DNA of 64,000 bases from Histomonas meleagridis 2922-C6/04-290x (Eukaryota > Protista > Parabasalia), in contig JAANOX010000062.1 in NCBI GenBank assembly GCA_020184695.1, forward strand, positions 62,001-126,000, written 5' to 3'. The notes under the pieces were generated by a model. The model worked only from the letters and a program-made list of their open reading frames with translations. It was not told the DNA's origin and made no database searches. Positions 32,411 through 42,793 of this stretch are shown in pieces (position 1 is the stretch's first letter; the number at the start of each line of letters is the position of its first letter). A program made the position numbers and the translations under genes.

Positions 32411-34270
32411 TTATTTGTTCATTTTCCGATGTTCTTCTTTCATTTGCATTTTAACTAGTTCATAGTAATATCCTTTTTTCTTGATCAAAGAAGAATGTGT
32501 ACCTTTTTCTCTGATTTCTCCTGAATCAAATACATAAATAATATTTGCATTCTGAATTGTGCTTAATCGATGAGCGACAACAACAGATGTTCGATTTTTC
32601 ATGACTTTATTTAGAGCTAATTGAACCTTTTTTTCGCTTTCTGCATCAAGAGCAGATGTTGCTTCATCAGTTAATAAAATAACAGGATCTCTAATCAACG
32701 CGCGTGCAATTGCAATTCTTTGTCTTTGACCACCACTAACAGAATCACCTTTTTCTCCAACAAAATAATTAAATTTACCTTCTAATTTTTCAATAAAGTT
32801 TAAAGCATTTGATTTTTTAGCTGCTTTTATAACCATTTCTTTTGTTGCATCTCTTTTGCCATATTTAATATTATCTTCAACAGATAATTGAAATAGTATT
32901 GGCTCTTGTGATACAAGACTAATTTTTTGATGAAGCCAATGTGGATCAAGTGTTTTAATATCTTTTCCATCAAGTAAAATTTTACCATCTGTAGCATCAT
33001 AAAATCTTTCTAAGAGTTGAATACAAGTCGATTTTCCTGATCCTGAATGACCTACAAGAGCTCCCATTTCTCCAGGTTTAATTTCAAATGAAACATTTTT
33101 TAATACATAAACATCACGAGATGGATATTTAAATGAAACATCCTTGAATTCAATGTGTCCTTTAAAGTTTTCAATTATATCACCTCCATCAAACGGAATA
33201 GATGGTTCTTGATCTAAAATAGCAAAAAGAAGCATTCCTGAAATTAATGCACGGTCTTCTTCTTGGAAAAGCATTTGAAACATTATAATTCCCATAAAAC
33301 CAAAAAATATGAAACCGAAAAGTGATATTAAATCACTTGATATAATTTCTCCTTTGTCAACTAATTGAGCACCATAATACATATTACCAATAACAACGAC
33401 CCAAACACTTAAATCAATCAAAGTATTCAAACAAAACAGGAAAAATCCTGATTTTTGATCTTCTTTAACAGCCATTTTTGTTGCATCCATGAATCTTTTG
33501 CATTCTGATTCTTCATGATTAAATCCACGAACTGTTCGAATTGATGATAATGTCTCATCTGCAATAGTATTTGATATTCCAGTGGACATATAAAGAAGAT
33601 TATAATGCTGACCCATTAACATACCAAAAACAATGATTAGACTTTTAAAATTATAAAATATGGTAATGTACATGTTGCAATTAATGCAATTTTCCAACAA
33701 TAAAAGTATGAAAGAATAATTCCCAACAAAAATTGCCCTATATATTGAAGTTCTTTTCCTTTTGTTTGTCCAAATGTAGCTTGAACAAATTCGGTTTCTT
33801 GACCAAGCAATGTTAACATATCACCAATAGAACTTTGATCAAAGAACGAAATATCACTCTTCATAATTTTTTCAAATACATTTGATTTCAAATTATTCGT
33901 AAATTCTGAACCAACTTTCGGCCATAAAAATTCATCAAGAAATTTACAAATCCCTGTAATTATTGCAATGATTGTTAAATAAAGCGCATTGTTTTTGATT
34001 TCATTATAATCATAAATTTGAGATGATTCAAAATCACTAATAACTTTAATTATCCTTCCAACAAATAAAAATGTTATAATAGGGATCGCACCAACAACAA
34101 GTGAAGGAATTATTCCAAGTAATGCTGGGATATTTAAATAACATTTTATATAATCTAACTCTTGTCCCAAAAAGTTGTTTCACATCAAAATCACTTGGTC
34201 CGCCTTGTTGATTTGCATCTATGTTTGACTCTTCTGTGGGCCTTTGATGTTGAGAATCTTCAAAGTCCAT
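32411..34270 (-). pseudogene. ABC-B half transporter (TMD-NBD), split by two frameshifts
   Basis: Three pieces: 34270-~34120, 33637-34170 and 32411-33700. The NBD has GHSGSGKST, SGGQRQRIAIARAL, DEATSALD and AHRLST. The breaks could be decay or assembly error. Confidence 0.85.
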
Positions 34271-34416
34271 TAAAATGTGATGTGATCTGAACAAGGCCCA
34301 ACATTTCTGTGGAACGACTATTGAATATTTCAATGTAAATTTTTGATTGGTCGTCAAATTTCAATCAAAAACTCTATTAAGTATTGAAAATATAAGCTTA
34401 TAACTTTCTTCATGAA

Positions 34417-34439
34417 AAATTGTGTGAGAAATTGTGTGA
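34417..34439. promoter_or_regulatory. Tandem AAATTGTGTGA x2 in the bidirectional ABC promoter
   Basis: Direct repeat at 34417-34427 and 34429-34439, between divergent ATGs at 34270 and 34470. Confidence 0.4.
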
Positions 34440-34469
34440 AAATTTTTGGAATTTACACATCACTATTAT

Positions 34470-36223
34470 ATGGAAAAACCATTGGAAGGAAATCAGAACA
34501 GTAGAAAAGGAGGAGAATACTTCAAAATTATGAGCTATGTTAAAAACAAATGGGCAGTTGTATTGACAATTATTCTTCATTTTATTGTTGGAGCATTACC
34601 AGTTATTATGACAATTTTACTCGGAGATATGGTTAATGTTTTTTCTAGTGAAAATTTTTTTGATGATTTCATTCCTGTAGTTTTAAATATGATATATTAT
34701 GTTATTGGAATGTTTTTAGCATCAGTTATTTCATATGCAATTAGAATTTGGTGCAACTCAACATTTCCGAGAGATTTAAGAGAAAGAATTTATTGTAATT
34801 TGGTTGAACAAGGAATTGATTTCTTTGATCGAACTCCTACAGGTGTTCTCATTGGAAGATTATCTCAAGAAATTACAATGATGCAGGAAACTTATTATCA
34901 AAAATTACTTAATTCTGTTCAAAAAACTGGTGAATCCATTGCAGGAATAATTGTTGCTTTTATAAAATGTTGGAGGCTTGCTCTTCCTGGTGGAATAGTT
35001 ATTTTGTTATGTCTTATAATTTATATTATAGGTGATAAAATAATTGAAAACATTTGGTTTAAGTATAATGAATGTTTATCAGCAGCAAATAATAAAGCAG
35101 AAGAAGCAATTACATCATTTAGAACATAAAATCATTCGATAATGAGCTTTACGAAGCAGCAAATTATAAAAAGCAATTAGATACTGTTGATAATGTATGT
35201 TTGAAAACAAGTCTTACTCAAGGAACAAAAGATGGAATTATATACATACTTTCAAATTTAATGGTTGCAGCTATTTGTTATTATGGTGGAGATTTAGCAA
35301 TTCACAAGCCATATTATGGGTACCATAGCGGTGATGTTTTTATTGTTTTCTTTTCAATGATTATGGCTGTTGATGGTTTAACACAAGCAATATCAATTTC
35401 TAATGATATGAACAAATCAGCAGTATCAGCTCAAAAAATCATTGAACTTATTGAGATGAAACCTGAAGTTGATCGTAAAGAAGGTGGAGAACTTAAAAAT
35501 GTTAAAGGAAAAATTGAATTTCGAAATGTTTATTTCAAATATCAAAACTCAGAAAAATATGCTGTTCAAAATCTTAGTTTTGTAATTAATCCAGGGCAAA
35601 CAGTTGCATTTGGTGAAAGTGGATGTGGTAAATCGACAACACTTCAATTACTTCAACGATTTTACGAAATTGAAAGTGGACAAATATTGATTGATGATCA
35701 AGATATATCTAAAATATCAGCTGTTAATCTTCGATCTTATATTTCAGCTGTTCCTCAAACACCTGTACTTTTTTCAACTTCAATTTTAGATAACATCCAA
35801 TATTCAAAAGAATATGCAAATATGGACGAGGTTATTAAAGCAGCTCAAATTGGTAATGCACATGATTTCATAACACAATTACCAGATGGTTATCAATCAA
35901 TTGTTCACCAAACGAGTTTAAGTGGTGGACAAAAACAAAGAATTTGTATATCAAGAGCAATTTTAGCTAATTCGCCAATATTATTGTTGGATGAAGCTAC
36001 ATCTGCACTTGATACTGAAAGTGAAAGATTAATACATGATTCTCTTGAAAAGTTTAGAAAGGATAGAACAGTGATTTTGGTAGCTCATAGATTAGCAACA
36101 GTTATGAATGCAGACAAAATTTTACTCTTTAAAGATGGACAAGTAATTGAAGAAGGAACACATCAAGAACTAATGGCAAGAAATGGTTTTTATGCTAACC
36201 TTGTCAAATACCAACTTCAATAA
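34470..36223 (+). pseudogene. ABC-B half transporter (TMD-NBD), one frameshift and one codon deletion
   Basis: A 1-nt loss near 35126 (SFRT* should read SFRTIKSF). The Walker A region VAFGESGCGKST lacks the usual V. LSGGQKQR, DEATSALD and AHRLAT are present. Confidence 0.85.
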
Positions 36224-36468
36224 ACATAATGCATCACAATTCTTAAGTTACTTTATTAATCTACTATAATATTAATTTGTATTTTAAAGATAAAATTTTA
36301 ACAAGGAAAAATTGTTAACCTGAGAATAAAATTTTGTTAGGTGCTTTTTATTAGCTTATTAGTATTGATGGTAATTAAGTAAAAAAAAAATATGGGTTTA
36401 TTTTTTCAAATAAGGGATTTCATGATGAAAATAGATATGTGTAACCGTTAATGTCCGTTAAAAATACG

Positions 36469-36478
36469 CGGGCACCCC
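36469..36478. promoter_or_regulatory. CGGGCACCCC candidate core-promoter element
   Basis: 9/10 match to GGGGCACCCC, ending 36 nt before ATG 36515. Confidence 0.45.
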
Positions 36479-36514
36479 TTTTATGAGGGTATTTAAACGA
36501 TTTTTATTTCATAA

Positions 36515-36808
36515 ATGCCACCAAAAAAATCAGATACAAAGCTAAAGTCTTCTGCCAAATATAAGGAAATCCCAAAAGAAGGAAAGAAAAGCCAGAAGGA
36601 AGCAGCTGACACAAATAAATCAGAAAAATCAGAAAAAATTCTTTCACTCGAAGAATGCATATCAAAAAGAAACGAACTGGAAAGTAAACTACATAGGATG
36701 AAAAAACAAGATACGATTTTATACATAATTATCTTGATTATAATTCTTGGTTTCTTCCTTTGGAAATACATTATAACCAATGAAATCCTTCATAAACTAG
36801 AAAATTAG
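36515..36808 (+). CDS. Small tail-anchored membrane protein
   Basis: Lys-rich N-terminus, a short coiled coil and a C-terminal TM (ILYIIILIIILGFFLW). Inr-like TCATA lies just upstream. Confidence 0.6.
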   Translation: MPPKKSDTKLKSSAKYKEIPKEGKKSQKEAADTNKSEKSEKILSLEECISKRNELESKLHRMKKQDTILYIIILIIILGFFLWKYIITNEILHKLEN

Positions 36809-36973
36809 TTGTTATGAAAAATATTGTCAAAATAAACATTTCTCACATTTAAACAAATAATTTTTATTAAAATGTATTTTATTTATATGTACTCAAAACA
36901 CTGATACATTAGAAGTATTTTTGTGATATGAGATAAAACATGAAAATATTTTATTTAGTAAAAAAAGAAATAT

Positions 36974-37453
36974 TTAGAACATTGATGTTTTGTGCATTGC
37001 AGCCACAAATTCATCGTAAGAAATTAAGCCATCATTGTTTTTATCAGCTTCCATTAAAATGTCTTTAAGTTCTTCGTCGGTTAATTGTTCTCCTAATTCG
37101 TTACTTATTCTTTTTAGATCTTCAAAACAAATCCCATTAGCATTATCTCCACAAAAAAGATGAAATGCATGTTGAATTTCTTCCTCGGGATCGTTTTCAT
37201 TCTTTTTTGTAAGCATTTTCAGAAAAGTCTGAAAATTTATTGCTTCTAAATCTTCTTCACCTAAATCTTGTATCATATGCAAAATTTCTTTTTTGGTTGG
37301 TTCAAAGCCAAGAGATCTTAACGCAATTCTAATATCTTCAATAGAAATTACTCCATCTTTATCAAAATCCAATTGTTTAAATGTTTCTTCAATTTCAACT
37401 CTTTGCTCATCTGTTATTTCGTCTTTTTCTTTGTTTCTACCTGTTTTGGTCAA
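36974..37453 (-). CDS. CETN: Centrin/caltractin (EF-hand protein)
   Basis: EIEETFKQLDFDKDGVIS, ALRSLGFEP and LGEQLTDEELKDILMEADKNNDGLISYDEF. The only plausible start is TTG. Confidence 0.85.
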   Translation of the reverse strand: MTKTGRNKEKDEITDEQRVEIEETFKQLDFDKDGVISIEDIRIALRSLGFEPTKKEILHMIQDLGEEDLEAINFQTFLKMLTKKNENDPEEEIQHAFHLFCGDNANGICFEDLKRISNELGEQLTDEELKDILMEADKNNDGLISYDEFVAAMHKTSMF

Positions 37454-37534
37454 AATTATTTTCTTTTTTAGAACGTTAATTATGATGTATATTATTCATT
37501 ATTCATTAACTATATCATTTTTTCATTAATGTCT

Positions 37535-37607
37535 GCTTTGGTAGCTCAATCGGCAGAGCGCAGGTCTCATAATCCTGAGGTCGTGGGTTCGAGCCCCATC
37601 CAAAGCA
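37535..37607 (+). tRNA. tRNA-Met(CAT), elongator type
   Basis: 73-nt cloverleaf: acceptor GCTTTGG/CCAAAGC, D-stem GCTC/GAGC, anticodon arm CAGGT-CTCATAA-TCCTG (T31:T39 as in eukaryotic elongator Met), T-arm GTGGG-TTCGAGC-CCCAT, discriminator A. Confidence 0.96.
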
Positions 37608-37637
37608 AAATGGATCATTTTTTGTTTTTTTCCCCTG
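37591..37637 (+). repeat. Left copy of the 47-bp target duplication (tRNA 3' end + trailer)
   Basis: Matches 42457-42503: the first 20 nt are identical and there are 5 mismatches in the next 27 nt. Confidence 0.93.
37618..37631 (+). terminator. RNA polymerase III oligo-dT terminator
   Basis: T6-G-T7 starting 10 nt after the tRNA 3' end. Confidence 0.8.
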
Positions 37638-37657
37638 AAAATGCAGCTACGTGCTAG

Positions 37658-40600
37658 CAGGAAGGAAACAGAAGTCCTCAGCCAGGAGGATACGAATTTT
37701 TACATCCACGAGATCGATTATCATCTAATGATTCAGAAGATCTTTTGACTTTACCTACCCCAGTTGACTCTACTCCTTCTCCCGCACATTCTACACCCTT
37801 AGGAGCTTCGATATCTCCAAAACTTAGCCCCGAAGCTTTGGAAGAAGACATCATCTACGCCGCTGATAAAACCGCTTTTGACCATCTCAAAAACCTTCCA
37901 AATGTGAGACTATTCAAAGGACTTTTTCTTAGAAAACCGGAAATTTCTGACCCTGATCTTATAAATTCTGAAGATTCCGATGATTCCTCTGAATTTTCTT
38001 TTGAGGAGACGGATAGCAGCGAGATTCAGCCACAAAACGATCAATTTTCAGAATCTACAGATAAATTTCTTAGAAATCCAGAAGACGACGACGATGAAAA
38101 CCCGATTCAATTTAATGTTAACATTCAGACAGTCGATAAAGTCAATGAACAAGAAGATATTTCAAATAAAGTTATTAACAAGCTCAAAACAATCACAGAT
38201 ACCAAACAACTTAAAGAATACATTGATACGCTCAACCAATCTAATTCAGCTTATGATTCTGAGGAACTGGTTCCCACAACCTTATATTTATTGTTGTAAA
38301 TATCATAACTGCAATTATGGAACCAACCATCACCAACAAATTGATTCACATTTATTCAATACTCATCAAGAACAATATCAAAAACACAATTGTCTATCAT
38401 CAGAAATCATTGGATATTTATTAGAAAAAGATACTGAGTGGTATGAATATGATCATACAAATAATACTTATAACAAATTAGGACAAATAAATATTTGTTT
38501 AATAAATAACTGTAATTATGTTACAACCAAAACAGGATCTGCATATGATCACTATAAAAAGCAACATAAAACCTACCTCAAATGGCGGAAAGATGCAGGC
38601 CCTTTTTGGGGGTTAATTATGAGTTATGTTAAAGAAAATACTACATTACCTACAATTTATGAATTATTAAGACCTAGAGATTGTTTTAAATGTACAATAT
38701 GTGGAACAATAGTTAGTTCAGTCCAAGCTATGAGACTTCATAATTCCCAAACTCATATCAATTCAAGACAAACAATAAGAGGTTCTAGACCAAATAATAT
38801 CCAAGAAATTCAAATAATCAATGGTTCACTACTAAAAGAAATTGAAATCGCAAATAGCCAAAATTATAAAGATTCAGAAGATAGCTCTATTGAAAAACAA
38901 CAAAGTGAATCTTCTTCAGATAATGAGCATATAACTATAAATCAAGAAGAGACTAAAGACATAACAGAAACTAGTCAACAAGAATCAGAAACTCAAGAAG
39001 TCGAAGAATTGCATCCATTAAACATCGAAACTCAAAACAGGGAAGAATCTAATTCATCAGTAATTGAAGAAGAAAAACAACTAAATCATAATGCCAAAAA
39101 CACAGTTAAAATGTTAAACAATAACCAACTTCAATTTTATAATGACAAATGTAACAAATGGAGAAATAAATATCGAAATCAAAACGTTAGTTTCAAAAGA
39201 TTAAACAAAGCACAGCGAAAATCTATTCAGCCGAAAATCAATGAATTATTTAAAAATATTATTATCAAAGAAGCTAAATTCTTATTAGACAAAGATAACA
39301 TTACATGGAACATTATGGATGGATTTTTAATTAAAACAACACATAGAATTCAAAAGCTATTAACAAATACATTCCCCAATCTCAATCAAATAAATATTAA
39401 ATTCGATGAGAAACAAATCATAAGAAAAGAAAAACTATACTTATATCAAAATAAAATTATTGAAATCGATAAAATTATTGATTACATTTATAAAATTATA
39501 GATATTATTAATGCACATCAAGAAGATTTAAACAATAACCAAAACGCATTAAATGCTATTGCTAATATTAAAGAAGGTTTAATCAAATCATTAAGTAAAT
39601 TTAGTGAAGATGATTTAAAAAACATATTTAATATTCGATCAGTTGAAGATATAGATAATTTAATTAATGAAGACGAAGAACATCGTGAAGAAAGATTTAA
39701 ATGGATTAGAACAATACTTAGAAATTATATTGATAAATTAAACCCAAATGATATAAAAGGAAGTGAAAAACTACGTAAATTTTATGATGAAGATCCTAAA
39801 AGATGTATCCGATGGAAACTTTTAGCCAATACAACACCTTCATGTAATATACCAATCGAACAACTTGAAAAACATTTTAATAATGAATGGGCTAATAAAA
39901 GAACATATTATAGAAGATGATACATGGTATCTACCTAAACTTTTATCTAATGAAGACAACAAATTTATTATTGATTATATTACAGATGAAAAGAATATCA
40001 TTAATACAATTAAAATTAAAGACAATTTATCTGCATGTGGTCCAGATGGAATTCCTAATTCTGTTTGGAAAAGTAATCCAAAAATACAGCAATTTTTATT
40101 ATCTCTAATTATTAAAAACATTATTAAATTTCAAAAAATACCAGAACAATGGAAACAATCCAAAACTATTTTAATATCTTTAACAATAATATAATCGAAA
40201 TTATTCATTCTATGTATCAAAATATTTCCACAAACATTGTTATCAATGGAATCAAATCAAATGATATTAGAATAAGAAGAGGAGTTAGACAAGGATGCCC
40301 TCTATCACCCCTTTTATTTAATCTTTGTCTCGAACCTCTAATTAGAAAGATTAATGAAGAACGAAAAGGAACAGATATCTATATTCAAGAATTAAATGAT
40401 AATATTAACATGGGAATCCAAGTATATGCAGATGATGTAATGTTAATTTCAGATGAACGAGAAAAAATGGAAGAATTAATTAATACTACAACAAAATATT
40501 GTAATTATGCTAAAATTCAATTAGCACCACAAAAATGCCAATCATTTTCATACATTTTAGATGGTAATCGTAGAATTCCTTTACAAGAACCTTTGATTAT

Positions 40601-42410
40601 AAATAATGTCCCAATCCAAAATAATGATGTTTTAGCTAATATTCAATATCTAGGTTCAGCAATTTCAGTTACTAAAAGACAACGTATGAAATTCGCAGAT
40701 CGAACTATTAATGAAGTTATAAGGAAAATCGAATTAATTGGTGAATCAAAACTAAGATTAAATCAAAAATTAGATGCTCTTAAACGATTTATAATTCCAC
40801 AATTAGATTTTATTATGATAAATGGACAAATTAGTCTTACAAAACTTAAACACTTAGATCAAATAATTCGAAACTTAATTAATAATCATATCAAAAGCAA
40901 TAGTACACCTAAACATTTCTTTTATTGTAATTGGAAAGATGGAGGACTTGGAATTCCTTCTCTTAAAGAAAGATATCTCTATTTACAAATTAAAACTTAT
41001 TTATCTTTATTTTACTCGAAAAATGAAACAGTTAAACACTTCATACAACAAATGGCAGAAGATGAAATTAATTTTAGAAGAATAATTATCTCAGAAGTTC
41101 CTCAAAGATTTAACAATATCACTGAATATGAAAACCAAATAGCACAAGAATCAGAGAATAAAACTAATAATTTATTCATTCGAGCAATCGATGCATCACG
41201 TAAATTAAATATAGGTATCAACTTTAATAATAACTCTCTTTCCATGAAGAATCTTGATAATGATGAAATTATTGAATGTAACTCGATCAATAATTTTTAA
41301 CAGATCGTTAATTACGTTACTTCAAAAACGTCATCTTAATAAACTTCAAGAATTTAAACTTCATGGTCACTCTTTTTTTACTCTTGAAAACTCTAAATAC
41401 TCTAACTCTTTTTTCGGTACCTATACAAGAAAAACTTCAGATAGTATTCAACGTTTTTGTATCAATGCAAGATGTAATAACTTACCTACTAAGGAAATTT
41501 TAAGTAAAAGAATCCAAATACGTCCAAAAATTTGCCCATATTGTAGAAACCAAAACGAGATTGAATCACTGAAACATATTCTAAATCATTGTGTTCCTCA
41601 ATACTCCAAATATACTCGAAGACACAATGATGTTGGTGAAATTATTATTAAATCTATCGAAAAATCAAATAAATCTAAATTTATTTTCCATAGATCACAA
41701 GAAGTTAAAAATTAATGACTTTCATTTTACCTGATAGATCTAAAAAGACTTAAACCAGACATATGGTATTTGGATGACAAAACAGGTAATCTTAATATAA
41801 TCGAAATAACTATACCTTATGGTGAAATCTCGAACATTAACACATTCCCAGACGAAGAGATTTCCAACTCACTAAATTATAGTCGTTACATTAAAAAAAT
41901 AAGAAAATATGAAACTTTGATTCAAGATATTAATGACACTAAAAAAATTAAAGTTAAATACTATATCATTGTTATTTCATCTATCGGAGCAATACCATTT
42001 CGAAACTTATTCGGATATCTTAAAAATTATGTAATAATAATGAAATCATTACTTCAGAAACATGTAAAAGATGCAGTGAATGTACATTAATTCATTCTAT
42101 GAAAATTTTCTGGAATGCTATCAACCCACAACCAAGGAATCGTAACGTGAATGAAGGTAGAGGCGTCCAGACCGATGAAAGTGAAGGCGAAGAATCATTA
42201 ACATCAACAGAAATTGAAGACAGTATCGAAGAAGAAAGCTTTCAAGGAGAAATCCCGAATAACCAAACAGACGTGGAAGAAGAAGAGAAATCAGAAGAGG
42301 TACATCAAGAAATAAGCCAACCGAAAAGTCCCAGAAAACGAAGAAGGAAAAGAAGTCGAAGAAAACATAGTAATCTCGTTCCTGCGGAAGGAAGAGTTGC
42401 TAACGAATAG
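37658..42410 (+). pseudogene. Retrotransposon polyprotein (3x C2H2, reverse transcriptase, CCHC, restriction-like endonuclease), broken
   Basis: Fingers CKYHNC..H..H, CLINNC..H..H and CTIC..H..H. RT motifs ACGPDGI, WKQSKTILI, GVRQGCPLSPLLFNL, YADD, YLG and GGLGIP. CPYC..ESLKHILNHC, RRHNDV and RLKPDIW..IIEITIPY follow. There are at least six frame breaks. Confidence 0.9.
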
Positions 42411-42440
42411 AAGAAAACATAATAACCTCGAAGGATCATA

Positions 42441-42456
42441 TAAATAAATAAATAAA
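42441..42456 (+). repeat. (TAAA)4 retrotransposon 3' tail
   Basis: TAAATAAATAAATAAA directly abuts GAGCCCCATCC. Confidence 0.9.
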
Positions 42457-42503
42457 GAGCCCCATCCAAAGCAAAAACGATTACTTTTTGTTTTTTTCTC
42501 CTG
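42457..42503 (+). repeat. Right copy of the 47-bp target duplication (orphan tRNA-Met 3' fragment + trailer)
   Basis: GAGCCCCATCCAAAGCA equals tRNA positions 57-73, followed by a T5-G-T7 trailer. Confidence 0.93.
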
Positions 42504-42793
42504 TGAGTCTCTGCCAATTATCATCAAAATTTTATCAAGATCTTTCGAAATTAACCAAACCAATAGACTCTGCTCCCCCATTAAATTAAATTTGAAAATA
42601 ATTTTTTTATGCTTCAAAAAATATAAACGTATCTTTAAGAATTATCCTGAGATCCTCCGCTTTTTAGTTGAAAAGGAAAAATATACATTTTTAATAACAT
42701 TAATTCATTAAAGTATCTAACTATTTCGATATGATTTTGTAGCTGATATTATACCAAGATAATTTTTTTTCTATTCTTCATATAAAAAAAAAT

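Larger units (their letters stand above)
37638..42456 (+). mobile_element. tRNA-Met-inserted non-LTR retrotransposon of the RLE (R2/NeSL/Utopia-like) type, decayed copy
   Basis: ZnF-RT-CCHC-RLE coding remnants, a (TAAA)4 tail, and a flanking 47-bp duplication starting at tRNA T-loop position 57. Confidence 0.92.

Noticed and set aside
32411-36223. Programmed ribosomal frameshifting in the ABC genes
   Set aside because: The breaks are of mixed type (including a codon deletion) with no shared slippery site; decay or assembly error is simpler.
37632-37700. Self-cleaving ribozyme at the retroelement 5' end
   Set aside because: CTGAAAA...GAAA...GTC resembles a hammerhead core, but CUGANGA is mismatched and stems I/III do not form. 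I could not build an HDV-like double pseudoknot by eye. An Infernal or RNArobo scan would be needed.
42457-42473. A second tRNA gene
   Set aside because: Only positions 57-73 are present and the upstream sequence is the (TAAA)4 tail, so there is no cloverleaf.
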